Assembly (NCBI RefSeq): GCF_048593235.1
Contig: NC_133622.1
Coordinates: 236,995,198 to 237,059,197, forward strand
Reading direction: 5' to 3'
DNA length: 64,000 nucleotides
Origin: Sminthopsis crassicaudata
Lineage: Eukaryota
Numbering within the stretch: the stretch's first letter is position 1; each line of letters opens with the position of its first letter. Below the pieces are notes generated by a model that was given only the letters and a program-made list of their open reading frames with translations, searched no databases and was not told the DNA's origin. The position numbers and the translations under genes were made by a program. This document shows positions 20,554-32,646 of this stretch, piece by piece.

Positions 20554-21486
20554 TCAACTGGAGGGTCTTTTCTGAGAGGAGTTCTTTAAACATAAGACAG
20601 AAGCAAAAGACCTGGGCTTCTGAGTGTCAGTGGTGATCAGGACAAAAGGACTAATTATTGGATAAAACATAGTAAGTGCAACTGTGAAATCTAATGCCCA
20701 GTGTCTGATTTCTGTTGCAGAAGCTATATAAATAACAAAAGGAGAACTTACTGAATTAAAGCAAAGAAATGTGACCACCAGCATCAGGACTGCTTTCGTG
20801 ACTCTAGTCTCAGGGGATGCTCTGCGGGAGGAGTTGATGCTGTGAATGTGTTGGACTCTCTTGATGTGTCTGTGCAAAATAAATACCATATATCCACTTG
20901 AGCCAACCATGAGACCTACAAACAGAGCATGAACAACTGACTCAAAAATTAGAATTTTTATAATATTCATGGCTTGTAAGTCAAAAGAAATATGTCCAAT
21001 CCTCCACCTTTCATTACTTCTGTTTCTTGGGCTACTATAATTCATAGGTGCAGCAATATCAAGAAGAAGATTGAAAAACCAACTGAGCATACAGCAGGAA
21101 GGAATACACTTTTGGGTTCTAGTTTTAACTTGTGACCACTTAAGGCTGCTGGGGCTGATAGTGATGGCCTGGACAACACTCAGGAGGCAGGTGCTGCAAA
21201 GAGAAAGGCCCCGGGTCACTCTCATGACATAAATTAAGATTTTACCCATTGTTTCATCTAGAGAAGATATCCATTTCCATTTGGTTATTATTGTAGAGAA
21301 GCCCCTGCAAAGAATCATTAAGACATGGGCAAAGGCCATATTTATGATGATCAGGCTGATGAGTCTTTTCCTGTGAGCAGTGATGAACTTGTGAATGTGT
21401 AGATAAAGAAGGAACATGTTGCCCAGAACTCCAAAGAAAAGCATGGTCAAGTAGATAATGACCAAGCTATCTCTATGAAAGCTCAT
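20554..21486 (-). CDS. V1R copy 2. 310 aa from the preferred Met; the ORF extends upstream to 21555.
   Basis: Open 7TM frame with the same V1R motifs. Shares clade residues with copy 1 (CRGFST, YVMRVTRG, LHRHIKRV, WALDF). Confidence 0.95.
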   Translation of the reverse strand: MSFHRDSLVIIYLTMLFFGVLGNMFLLYLHIHKFITAHRKRLISLIIINMAFAHVLMILCRGFSTIITKWKWISSLDETMGKILIYVMRVTRGLSLCSTCLLSVVQAITISPSSLKWSQVKTRTQKCIPSCCMLSWFFNLLLDIAAPMNYSSPRNRSNERWRIGHISFDLQAMNIIKILIFESVVHALFVGLMVGSSGYMVFILHRHIKRVQHIHSINSSRRASPETRVTKAVLMLVVTFLCFNSVSSPFVIYIASATEIRHWALDFTVALTMFYPIISPFVLITTDTQKPRSFASVLCLKNSSQKRPSS

Positions 21487-22143
21487 TCCTTGGGAGATTC
21501 CTTGGAGAATTTTGCTGTCAGCTCCAAAGTGACCTGGGGAGAAACATAGGAGCATGTGACTTTTCCAATATGAGGAATTCCCAATTCTACAACCTATTCA
21601 GCTTCTCTTTGAAGAGTGGTAAACCTTCCCAGATAATAATGCCATTCTAGTGTTCAGGAGACACGTATTTAATGTATCAATTCCAAATATTTATTATTAA
21701 GTATATATCTTAGAAATGAAACACTTCCAATCTGTTTCCATACCATATTTCTCTTCTTAGGATATGGTTATCACCTTTTTATAACCAGGATTTTGGACAA
21801 ACCTGGGATCTTTGGCTGTCACAAGTAAGTTTTGTTTTATCTTTCCAGGGTCCATGTTTCCAAACTATTTCTATTCCTTTGCTTCTTTTGCTTCCCCTTT
21901 GTGAAACCTGCCATTTTTTTGTTCTTTCATTAGAATGTAAGATCAAAGAGGGCAGAGATTTTTATCCTTATTACTATTACTTAGCACACTTTCTGCAGCA
22001 CATGTGATAAAGCTATTTTGATGGTGTTTTATATAATTAGAATTTGATGAGAATGAGTAAACTCTGCAGGTGTCAGCTCTCACTCTTAAAGGGTTAGTGA
22101 CCAGAAATGCTGGTGAATTGTTAAAATACAGGCCCTTAAAGGG

Positions 22144-22188
<45 letters not shown>

Positions 22189-25100
22189 TGTGTTCTAGAT
22201 GGATGCCCTCAGGTAGGACTTAAAGATTCCCTTGGAGAGAGAGTTGGGCAAGATCACTTAAAAGTCTATCTGTATCTCCCCTCTAAACATGGGGATTCCA
22301 CAATACTTTCCACAAGTCGTGAAAATATCCATTTTCTATATTTAATGTATCCATTGTATTTGAGTAATGCAAGATATTTAAAATATGTAGAAATAATGAA
22401 AGGAGTTAGCACTGAGGCATTTGATAAGCCTTGTTTTTATCTGAACTGGATAAAATAATTTTTCATTTTCATACAATCTTTTTCACACACACATACACAC
22501 AAAACATGTTTAGGAATACTTTAAACTCAACAGTTTAAAGCTACAAAATCGGTAGTTTTTGGGGAAAGGAGAGGGAGGCACAAACAGGAGGGCAGATGTT
22601 TGAGAGAGTTTTGTAAAAGAAATAGTTTATTTTAGGAAGCGGGGGACTCTTACAGATGGATTGAAAGAAAAAAAAAGAAAGAATGAAACAATGTGATCAG
22701 TATTGATAGGGCAGTGAAGCAGAAAAAAATTCTATCACTCATAATTCGTTGTTGTTCGTCTAAGTGAAAAGGAAAGTAAGAGCAAAAAAAAAAAGCAAAC
22801 TAATAGGTACAACACAGCAGAATGAAGGGAAATACAAAATTTACAATTATTAGTAGGAAAATAGATGGAACATACCACCCTCCGAATGGTAGAGCACAGT
22901 AGAACATACTGCAAAGCTGATTTCCAAGAAAAGTTACTTGAAAAAATTACTTTTGCTGCATAAAGATTCGTGTGGAGGTAAAATCAATGATGCTTTATGT
23001 AAACTTTAAAAAGCATATATTTAGAGAAATCAATGGTAAAAAATAAACATGATAGAAGGAGATAAGCAGGGAAAAACATTATAATCAATGGTGACAATGA
23101 AAAATCTTTAAAAAATGTATATCATATTAATTAAATTTATAAGATATGCATATATATATATATATATGCATTATATAAGATATGCAAGATATATATATTC
23201 TTACCTGTATAAACATTTAATATGGAAACACAATATATATATATATATATGTATTATTTTTACAAATATGTATAAGTAGATGTTTTTGCTTTCTAAGTTT
23301 GGAAAGGGGATGCCATCTGTTAGACAGAGGATGCTCTGGGTATTAGGTCACTCTAAGTCCAAGCCCAGCTATGAGACTCTGGGTACGACAGTTGTTTATT
23401 TTCTAGGAAACCCCAAGATGTTGGTGAATGACTGATTTGAATCAGTGGCTGGCACAAAGTTGACATTGAATAAATGCTTCCTTTTCTGCTTTCTTCCTTG
23501 AAAAGTTGTGCTACTCAAGTGGGTTAAGAATTGGAAAAAATATCCTGTCCTGCATTATCTACCTCTAGGGTTGCTGTGAGGATCAAGTGATATATCCTCT
23601 GTAAATCTTAAAGTGCTCTATAAATGTTGTTTATGATCATTCCTCTGATTATGTATCCTAGGCCATCTGACCTTGTTTCTTGCTCTCAACTTTAGCTCTT
23701 TGCATACTGAGATTGCTGAAAAAGGCAATGACACAAAAGAAAAATGAACACCCATTATTAAGGGAAGATTAGGTGTCACTGCATAATGGGGCAACTATGT
23801 GGTACAGTGGTTAAACGACAAATTCAAATCTATCCTCAGACAAACATGCAAAAAGTAATTTAAACCTTACAGATGGATTGAAAGAAAAAAAGAAAGAATG
23901 AAATAATGTGATCAGTGTTGATAGGGCAGAGAAGCCCTGCTAAAGTAACTTAAATAAGATCTTTTTCAGTTTTCTTATCTGTAAAATGGGAATATGATCC
24001 AAAATATGCTGAATATCAAATTAGATGATAGTGAAAACATAGTAATAAAGTCTTTCCCACAGTGCCTGGCATATAGTTGACATTCCCTTAGCCCTCCCTG
24101 CCTTCGTTTTTCTTCCTTTCTTCCTCCCTTCCCTCCCATTAAGTCAGCAAGCTTTTACTGCCATTGCCTGGACAGACAAGGAGGCAGAGAAACTGTGATT
24201 TTTCCTCTTTATCAAGAGAAATTTGTAGAATATAAGAAGAAAGATGTTTGTTTTCTGAATACTATCAAATAGCTGGAAGCCAGGGAGAGAAATGGAAGGG
24301 AAGAGAGAAAAAGAAAATATATGGAGGAGGTATCAATATAGTTTCTAGGCAATCCATAGCAAACTCTTGAGATATGCCTGTTACACTGACACTGAGAGGA
24401 TGCTGTGAAAGAAACAGGGTACCCCATTGCCAGACATGAACTCTCTATCTCTTTTCTCTCCCCTCCCAAAATATAAAGTCTATGCTGTATCCTATTGTGT
24501 GAAGATAGTGATGAAGAGTGAGCTGAAGATTAACTAAAGGAATGGAGAACAAAAGCTGGCAGCCTTGTTTCCAAAACCCAAGCCAGAATAGCCTAGAATA
24601 GTCCAAATGTCCTTCCTGTGTTTCCCCCCAAAAAATCATTATTCCTAGTCATCTTTTCTTCCTCATTGCAGATCTGAGAGAGCTGTTCCCTGGCTCCTAG
24701 AAGAGATTCTTGCCTATCCCTGTGTCTGAGGCTAAGGCCTTCCATATCACTCACCAGACTGTTCTCTGCTGCCAGGGCCTGGGATAGAATTGTAGAAGTC
24801 TGTGCATGTGTGTGTGTGTCTGTGTATATGTATGTGTGGGGCATATCTGGGGCTGGAGTTATAGGGAGAGCAGAGTCTGAGCTCATTTCCCCTAAGATCT
24901 ATAATTATGATGTCATGTGCTGCAAGAGGAACACTTGACAGAAGAGGGAACTTGAGGGGTGTCTGAATTAGGAACAGAATTTTTCCTCATGTGAAAAATT
25001 ATTGTCAACAATTTTTATTGATTAATGAGACTCTCCAAAGGAATATTTGTGAGTAACCAAAAAGACATTTTCCTCTGCCTGTTGAGAGGAGAATTAAAAG

Positions 25101-27919
25101 TTTCATTTTTTTCTCATGGTCATTGCAAGAATTTGCTGCTAAATGTCCTTCAAACAGTGATCTCAGAAAAATATACTCTGGGCTCACTTTTACATTTGAT
25201 CTACAGTTTCACCCTTTATCATTTTCCTAAGTCTTCTTGTCCTTCCATCATACCCAACTCTCTGTGACCCTGTGGATCATATTGTTCATGTGATTTTCTT
25301 GGCAAAAGAGAGGGAGGATCGCCTTTTCCTTCTCTAGGAATTAAGGCAAGCTCAGGTTATGGGACTCATACAATAAGTGTCATACCCCAGATTTATCTTT
25401 TTGACTTCCTGGCCCAGAACTCTATCCACTGAAACACATGTCTTGTCTAAATGTAGAGAAAAAAAAAACAAAGTGAAAACTCAAACTTTGTTTTGCAGAA
25501 TTTGCCAATTTCTGAGATGTGAACAATCACCTTGAAAGGTTAAGAATTTGCTATTCTGAGCAAGTTTGAGCTAGCTGCAACAAACTTCTCCTAAGAAAGA
25601 GGGAGACTGGGGTGCTTGTGATATGATGAATGCAGAGGCCTTTACTTGTATTCCTGGGCCCCTGGTGAGCTCTTTTGTAGAAATCACTGAAAGGGCCCAT
25701 TGAGTTCCTTTGGAGTCCCATTTTGTGTATCTAAGATGAATTCCCTTCTTGTGGCTAAAAGATTGGGGAAGATAACTTAAAATTCTCTCTTTGATAGTGT
25801 GTTGGATTGAAACAATGATGGGGATGGATTATGACCTGAATATGAGTGTGTAACTTCCATATCATGGCAGGTTTCCTTCCTATCATGTATGCCCAGGGAC
25901 GACTCCCCAGCCCTTGAATACCATATAATATGAGGCATCAACCATGTAATAGCTCTTTGAGATGACATGATTCCTCCATTCACAACATGGATCAAGCTAT
26001 CTTTATCTCCTTCTGCCTCCTCTGGCCCATTTGTTTTGTTGAGATATCAGATGCATATCCTGATGTCATCTCTGAAAGAATTCAGGTTCAGCCAGTCTCC
26101 AACCCAAGGAAAGGCACTGTATTGAGTTATAGACACTCAGTGGGTGGTCCAAGCTTCCTGAGGTTATCACTCCAGTAACTCAAGGTCAGGGTTTTTAGAG
26201 AGTAAATAATGCTGATTAGATCACAAGATATGCACATTTTGAGATTTTAGCAGGAGTTTGCCAACTTGGAGAGGTCCTTAGCCTTCATGGAGCTGTACCT
26301 GTCATTATCCAAAATGCATATAGAAAAACTTATTTGCGGTGTATTAATATATGGCAGTGATATTATAAGTAGTGTAGGCTCACCCAGAGACAATAAAGAA
26401 AGGGAACACCAAGTAATGTGGGTACAGAATATGCTGATTTGCTCATTATTGTCGTGAGACCCACACTTAATAATTTTTGTAGGCTTTAGGATTGGGGACA
26501 GGTATGGGCTTTGATTGGTTGGGGAAACAATCAGAATCCCATCAGTTTGAAGTATTCTCCTATCTCAGTTCATTTACATAACATGGATGATGGATGTACC
26601 ATGAGCCCATGAATGATCAAGATTTTTTGTGTTTAATTTCCTTCTTAAATTGTAGTAATCCACTTTATAATTTGTCTTTGATATCTGACTGTGTTTCTGG
26701 GTTTTGTATTAAGGAATTGCATTACTTCTCATTCCTGAGACTGATTTATTCTACTACCGTATTTGAACCAGAATGCAAAACTAAATCACTTTTTGGTATT
26801 TATAAAAACAGATATGTAGGTTGCAAATTGGGGGGACAGTTTAGAAAAAGTTGGGACTGAATGTGCTGACCTACAGAATAAAGAGTTCCAAATGAACCCT
26901 TTAGGGGCTAATGAATAAGGAATTCAACTGAATCGATGGGTTGTAATTTCCTTTTCATGGATTCTTGGATAAACCAAAATGCCAATTCCTTTCCCAACTT
27001 TCCTTCCCTGTATGTCTTGTAAGAATTTTTCTGTATTCTGATTTTTCCTCTAACATAAATGAGATATACGGCATATAAATTAGGGTAGGGAGCCTGATTA
27101 TTAGGAATTTCTTAACTGGGGGCTCTAAGCTTTTATGTTTGTATTAATAATACATGATGTGATATAAATGCTATAAAATGGTTGAGTCACCTTGCGCAAA
27201 GGAAACATTATTAGAGACGGTTGGGGGGGGGTCATAACAGCTAACTGATCTGAGAAGATCGATTAGTACCAGCTTTATGACTTTAGGTACTAAACAGAAG
27301 ACTTGATATTAAATTTTGAAGGCAAGAGTAAGCAATTGGCCTTGAATCAGTAGGAGTCACATGGTCATATCAACACATTAGGAAAATTACTTGAGCAGCT
27401 CCACATAGAAAGGACTGGAGGTCTCAGACATGAGGCAGAGGGATCATTAGGAGGCTATTGTAAAAGTCTAGGCAATAAGTGATAAGTGCCTAAATTAATG
27501 TGGTTATGAGTACCAGTTAGTTTTTGAGCCAAAGAGTTTCATGTAAGAAGTGTTATGGAGGTTAAATGGTACTTCTCATTCCTGTCAATGACAACAGATT
27601 GGAAATGAGTGGAAGGAAACTGAGGATGTGGCTGAGGTTATAAATCCTGAAAACTGAAATGAGGGTCCTGAACCATGCTTTGGTTATAAAGAGGGAAAGC
27701 TGAAAAAAAATTTGTAAGGAAAGCTAATGATTTAAGCTTTAGACAAAATGAGTTTCAGATGTCTCCAGGACACACAGTTTGAAATGTACAATGGATAGCT
27801 TTTGATTCAGGTCTAACTACTCCTAAGAAGTATTTTTTTGTTTATTTAGTGCCAAATCATTTGATAATTCTAGGTTTACAATATGATTTGAATTCTATTT
27901 ACTTTTCTTTCCTAATTCT

Positions 27920-30178
27920 TTTTATCAATATCAAGAAGAAAAACCCCAACCACAGAATCTTACTCTTGAAATGGGAGACTGGGATTCATTGTCAGAGAAC
28001 TATTGTGAAATAAAAAAAGGCCTCTTCTACTCCAAAATGTAACATTAAAAGTCTCCCCATCCAGAAAGACTTTATAAAAGATTTCAAAAATGACTTTAAA
28101 AATCAAATGAGAGTAATTGAGGGAAAACCTACAAAAAATAAAAACAAGAAAACCATCTCAGAACAATAAGAAACTTTTGACAAAAAGTCAACCAAGTAGA
28201 AGAGGAGATGCAGAAACTCAAAGAAGAAAATACATCTTTGAATGTTTGAATGGGGCAACAGAAAGCCAGTGAAGCAATAGGAGACCAACAAATAGCAAAA
28301 CAAAATAGAGAATGAAAAAGTAGAAGAGAATGTCAAACATCTATTAAGAAAAACAACATATTAGGAAAACAGATCAAAAAGACAAACCATAAGCACAATT
28401 GGACTAGGCAAAATGTGATATCAATGCCTAAACTCTTACAAACTATCCTTGACACAATAATGAAAGAAATAAAGAAATTTTTTCCTGAAGTGATACAACA
28501 ATAGGGGACAATGTAAATAGAAAAAACTCACTGATTACTATCTTAAAGAAATTTTACTAGCAATAACATAGGAATATCCTAAATTTTGAACTCGCCAGAA
28601 CAAAAAGAAAGTTTATAAGAAATAAGCGAAAAAAATCCCAATTCCAATATGCTTTAGTTACAATTAGAATTGTTTAGGATTTATCAGCAACATAATAAAA
28701 GAATTAAAGTCCTAGAATATTGCATGTTGTTAATCAAAAGAACTAGGCGCGTGACCAAAAATATCATATCTAGAAAAATGAACCATAATGTTGAACAGAA
28801 AAATGGACATTCAGTGAATTTTTTAAATTATAAAGATTTTGTCTCAATTAAACCTGAACTCAATACAAAATTTGACACAGAAGAGTCAGTATCAAAAACT
28901 AATATCAAGGGAGTCAACATGTAAAAATGGAAGACATATGTCTAAAGTTGCCTTCAAGAATTGGGTGGTTCAAAAGAAAGCTTGAGAGCCGAGTAGGATA
29001 TGACTCAAAAAAACCACAAAATGGTTTAGATAAAGGTTATAAATAGTAATTGTGCTATCTAAATGAGGGGCAGAAGAAGAAATGATATGAAAACATCAGA
29101 TGGGGGAGGAATGCTGGTGGTTGTGAAAACTTACTCATATCACAAATGTATTCAAAAGGGAGCAGTATATACTTACATCCATCTATACCTGTATACACAC
29201 ACACACTCACACAAACACACATATAATATACATATTTTCAATATATGTATGTGTATCTATATGTATATATGCCCCCCACAATTAAGTATATACTATTATC
29301 AAATATATAGGGGGCAGGGAATAGGAATTGGAGGGTATATAGACTTATGGCAGTGAGACAAGGTGTGTAGATTGAGGGAAGAAGGATTAAGAGGGAAGGA
29401 AAGTGTAGCCTAGGTTAAGGTGGGATTCAGAAGAGTATTTCAATTAGAGGGAGTGGAGTGAAGAGGGTGGAAAAAGTGGTGGAGAAGGTAAGGGAGAGAT
29501 CTATGGATGAAGGGAAGTTAAATAAAAACAACGCAATTTAAGGAGGAGAACTAAAGTAGAACGGTTAGCAGGGACAGGAAATTAGAGATATACAGAAACA
29601 CAATAACAAAACTCAGGAGTTGAATTTGTTAGGGGGAAAAAAGGAGTGCTTTTAATCATTGACCTCAAACAAAGTCAAACTTAAAGATTCCATCAAGTGA
29701 GAAATCAACATTATAGGTCAACCACGATAATATTGTTTTAGATGCATGTTTACATGTATATAAATGTGCATTTATATATATGTGTATGCATATAGATAGG
29801 AAATGTGTATATAGATATATGTATCTGGATGTGGGTGTGAAAATATATATATATATATATATATAATATAATTATATCTATGCTTAACGATAGCCTGGTT
29901 GGTGTGGGGTGGGGCAGGATGAAAGATGAGTAAAGAATAAAGAAAAATATTGCATAACAAAGCAGAAAACAACATCCTACAAAGAAGTAAAGAATTGATG
30001 GTGTGTCATAAATATAGTGTCTTCTATTATATATGATTTCTTGAAATGAAAATTTATTGTTGCATATTTTGAATCTTCTGATATTCTGGTAGGCACATGA
30101 AAATGTGTTTTTTTCTTTTTCTGGATGTCTATATTTTTTATTATTTTATATTTAACTTTAAATAAATACTTAAAAAGG
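27920..30178 (+). mobile_element. Old ORF1-only L1-derived (HAL1-like) element
   Basis: Decayed ORF1 motifs (KEFKNDFKNQMR...; KPELNTKFD), then a long purine-rich non-coding region and an L1-like A-rich 3' end. No ORF2 motifs were recognised. Confidence 0.65.
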
Positions 30179-30943
30179 AGCAGGGGGAAATAACTTGGGT
30201 TTCTGTCATATGAATAGCCTTGGTGATTATTATTTCATATAACTTTTTTCCAGTGTTAGGATACTAGTTTTTTATTTACATATTTAAGGTCACTTTGATT
30301 CCTGGTTCTACTTACTTTCCATAATTCCACCTATGTCTTTCCATTTTTCTGTGCATTTATTATATTCATGACTTTTTCCATTATCATAATCTGCATAATA
30401 TTTAAATATTCCATTTATTTTGTTTAATATGTATTCCATATTTACTTCATTACATTTACATGCCATGCTTTTTTTAAAAAAAACCTTTTCAAGTAGATGG
30501 GAACTGACTTTGTTTCCATTCTTTGCTTCAATCAGAAATATTGTTATAAATAATCTGAAGTATGTCAGGCTTTTTTGAACATTGGTCTCATTGGGGTATA
30601 TGCCTAAGAGTAGAGTATCCAATTTTATATGGGAAGGGGCAGTATTATTTTTCATTTGTCCCTTTCTTTATAATCTTTCACTTTATGCAAGGAGAATTGG
30701 AGTAATGGGATTATGGTTATTATATTTATACGTTTTATGACAAACTCGATTTTTTGTTTTGGTAAGAATTTTACCTCTTTCCATTGTTGTGAATCATCAA
30801 TTCTCCTCTTATCCTGCTGTATTATGATGATGTGGGTCTTTCCATTCAGGCTACTTATACATTTTGAGCAAATTTTGTGATATGGTTTGAGTTGTTAATC
30901 TTACCCTAATTTATGATGAATATTTTCCTTTTCCCTAACATTT

Positions 30944-31876
30944 TTAACTGGAGAGTCCTTCTTGAGAAGAGTTCTTTAAACATAAGAGAGAAGCAAAAGA
31001 CCTGGGCTTCTGAGTGTCAGTGGTGATCAGCACAAAAGGGCTGATTATTGGATAAAACATGGAAAGTGCAACTGTGAAACGTAATGCCCAGTGGCTGGTT
31101 TCTGCTGCAGAAGCTATGTAAATAACAAAAGGAGAACTGACTGAATTAAAGCAAAGAAATGTGGCCACCAGCATCAGGATGGCTTTGGTGGCTCTAGTCT
31201 CAGGGGATTCTCTGAGGGAGGAGTTGATGCTGTGAATATGTTGGACTCTCTGGTTGTGTGTGTGCAAGATAAATACCATATAGCCACTTGAGCCAACCAT
31301 GAGACCTACAAACAGAGTATCAACAATTGACTCACAAATTAAAATTTTTATAATATTCATGGCTTGCAAGTCAAGAGAAATATGTCCAATCCTCCACCTT
31401 TCATTACTTCTGTTTCTTGGACTACTATAATTCATAGGTGCAGCAATATCAAGAAGAAGATTGAAAATCCAGCTGAGCATACAGCAGGAAGGAATACACT
31501 TTTGGGTTCTAGTTTTAAGTTGTGCCCACTTAAGGCTGCTGGGGCTGATAGTGATGGCCTGGAAGACACTCAGGAGGCAGGTGCTGCAAAGAGAAAGGCC
31601 TCGGGTCACTCTTATGAGATAAGTTAAGATTTTACCCATTGTTTCATCTAGGAAAGATATCCATCCCCAGTTGGTTATTATTGTAGAGAAGGCCCTGAAA
31701 AGAATCATTAAGACATGGGCAAAGGCCATATTTATGATGATCAGGCTGATGAGTCTTTTCCTGTGAGCAGTGATGAACTTGTGAATGTGTAGATAAAGAA
31801 GGGACATGTTGCCCAGAACTCCAAAGAAAAGCATGGTCAAGTAGACAATGGCCAAACTATGTCTTTGAGAGCTCAT
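30944..31876 (-). CDS. V1R copy 3. 310 aa from the preferred Met; the ORF extends upstream to 31945.
   Basis: Open 7TM frame with V1R motifs and a TAA stop. Clade residues FRAFST, LHTHNQRV and ETSHWAL are shared with copies 4 and 5. Confidence 0.95.
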   Translation of the reverse strand: MSSQRHSLAIVYLTMLFFGVLGNMSLLYLHIHKFITAHRKRLISLIIINMAFAHVLMILFRAFSTIITNWGWISFLDETMGKILTYLIRVTRGLSLCSTCLLSVFQAITISPSSLKWAQLKTRTQKCIPSCCMLSWIFNLLLDIAAPMNYSSPRNRSNERWRIGHISLDLQAMNIIKILICESIVDTLFVGLMVGSSGYMVFILHTHNQRVQHIHSINSSLRESPETRATKAILMLVATFLCFNSVSSPFVIYIASAAETSHWALRFTVALSMFYPIISPFVLITTDTQKPRSFASLLCLKNSSQEGLSS

Positions 31877-32607
31877 TCCTTGAGGGATTCCTAGGAGCAC
31901 TTTGCTGTCAGCTCCAAAGTGACCTGGGGAGAAACATAGGAGCATGTGACTTTTCCAATGTGAGGAATTCCCAATTCTACGATGTACTCAGCTTCTCTTT
32001 GAAGAGTGATAAACCTTCCCAGATAATAGTGCCATTGTAGTGTTCAGGAGACATGTATTCAATGTATCAATTCACATATATTTACTGTTCATTAACTATA
32101 CATCTTACAATAAAATACTTCCCGTCTGTTTGCAAACCATATTTCTCCTCTTAGGACATGATTATCATATTCTATTATATTATATATTTCATATTGTATT
32201 ATATATTATATATATTATATTATATATTTTATCATTTTTATAACCAGGATTTTGGACAGACCTGGGATCTTCAGCTGTCACAGCTAAGCAGTTCTCTGAT
32301 GTTTCCAGCGTCCATGTTTCCAAGCTACTGCTTTTCCTTTGCTTCATGTGCTTCCCCTTTGTGAAATCTTTTTTTTATTCTTTCATTAGGATGTAAGATC
32401 CAAGAGGGCAGAGACTTTCTTGGATACTTTTACCCTTATTACTATTACTTAGCACACTTTCCATATGTGTTAAAGTTATTTTAATGGTGTGTTGTGTCAC
32501 TAGAATTTGATGAGAATGAGTAAACTCTGCAAGTGTCCAGCCTCTCACTCTTAAAGGGTTAGTGACCAGAAATGCTGGTGAATTGTTAAAATACAGGCCC
32601 TTAAAGG

Positions 32608-32646
<39 letters not shown>

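Noticed and set aside
22144-22458. ORFs beginning MCVCVCV... (also 32612, 44384, 55887)
   Set aside because: These are translations of (TG)n microsatellites.
26594-26860. Recurrent MYHEPMNDQDF ORFs and other 60-110 aa ORFs repeated in each unit
   Set aside because: Recurrence is explained by recent duplication. Lengths and frames vary between copies and no domain was recognised.
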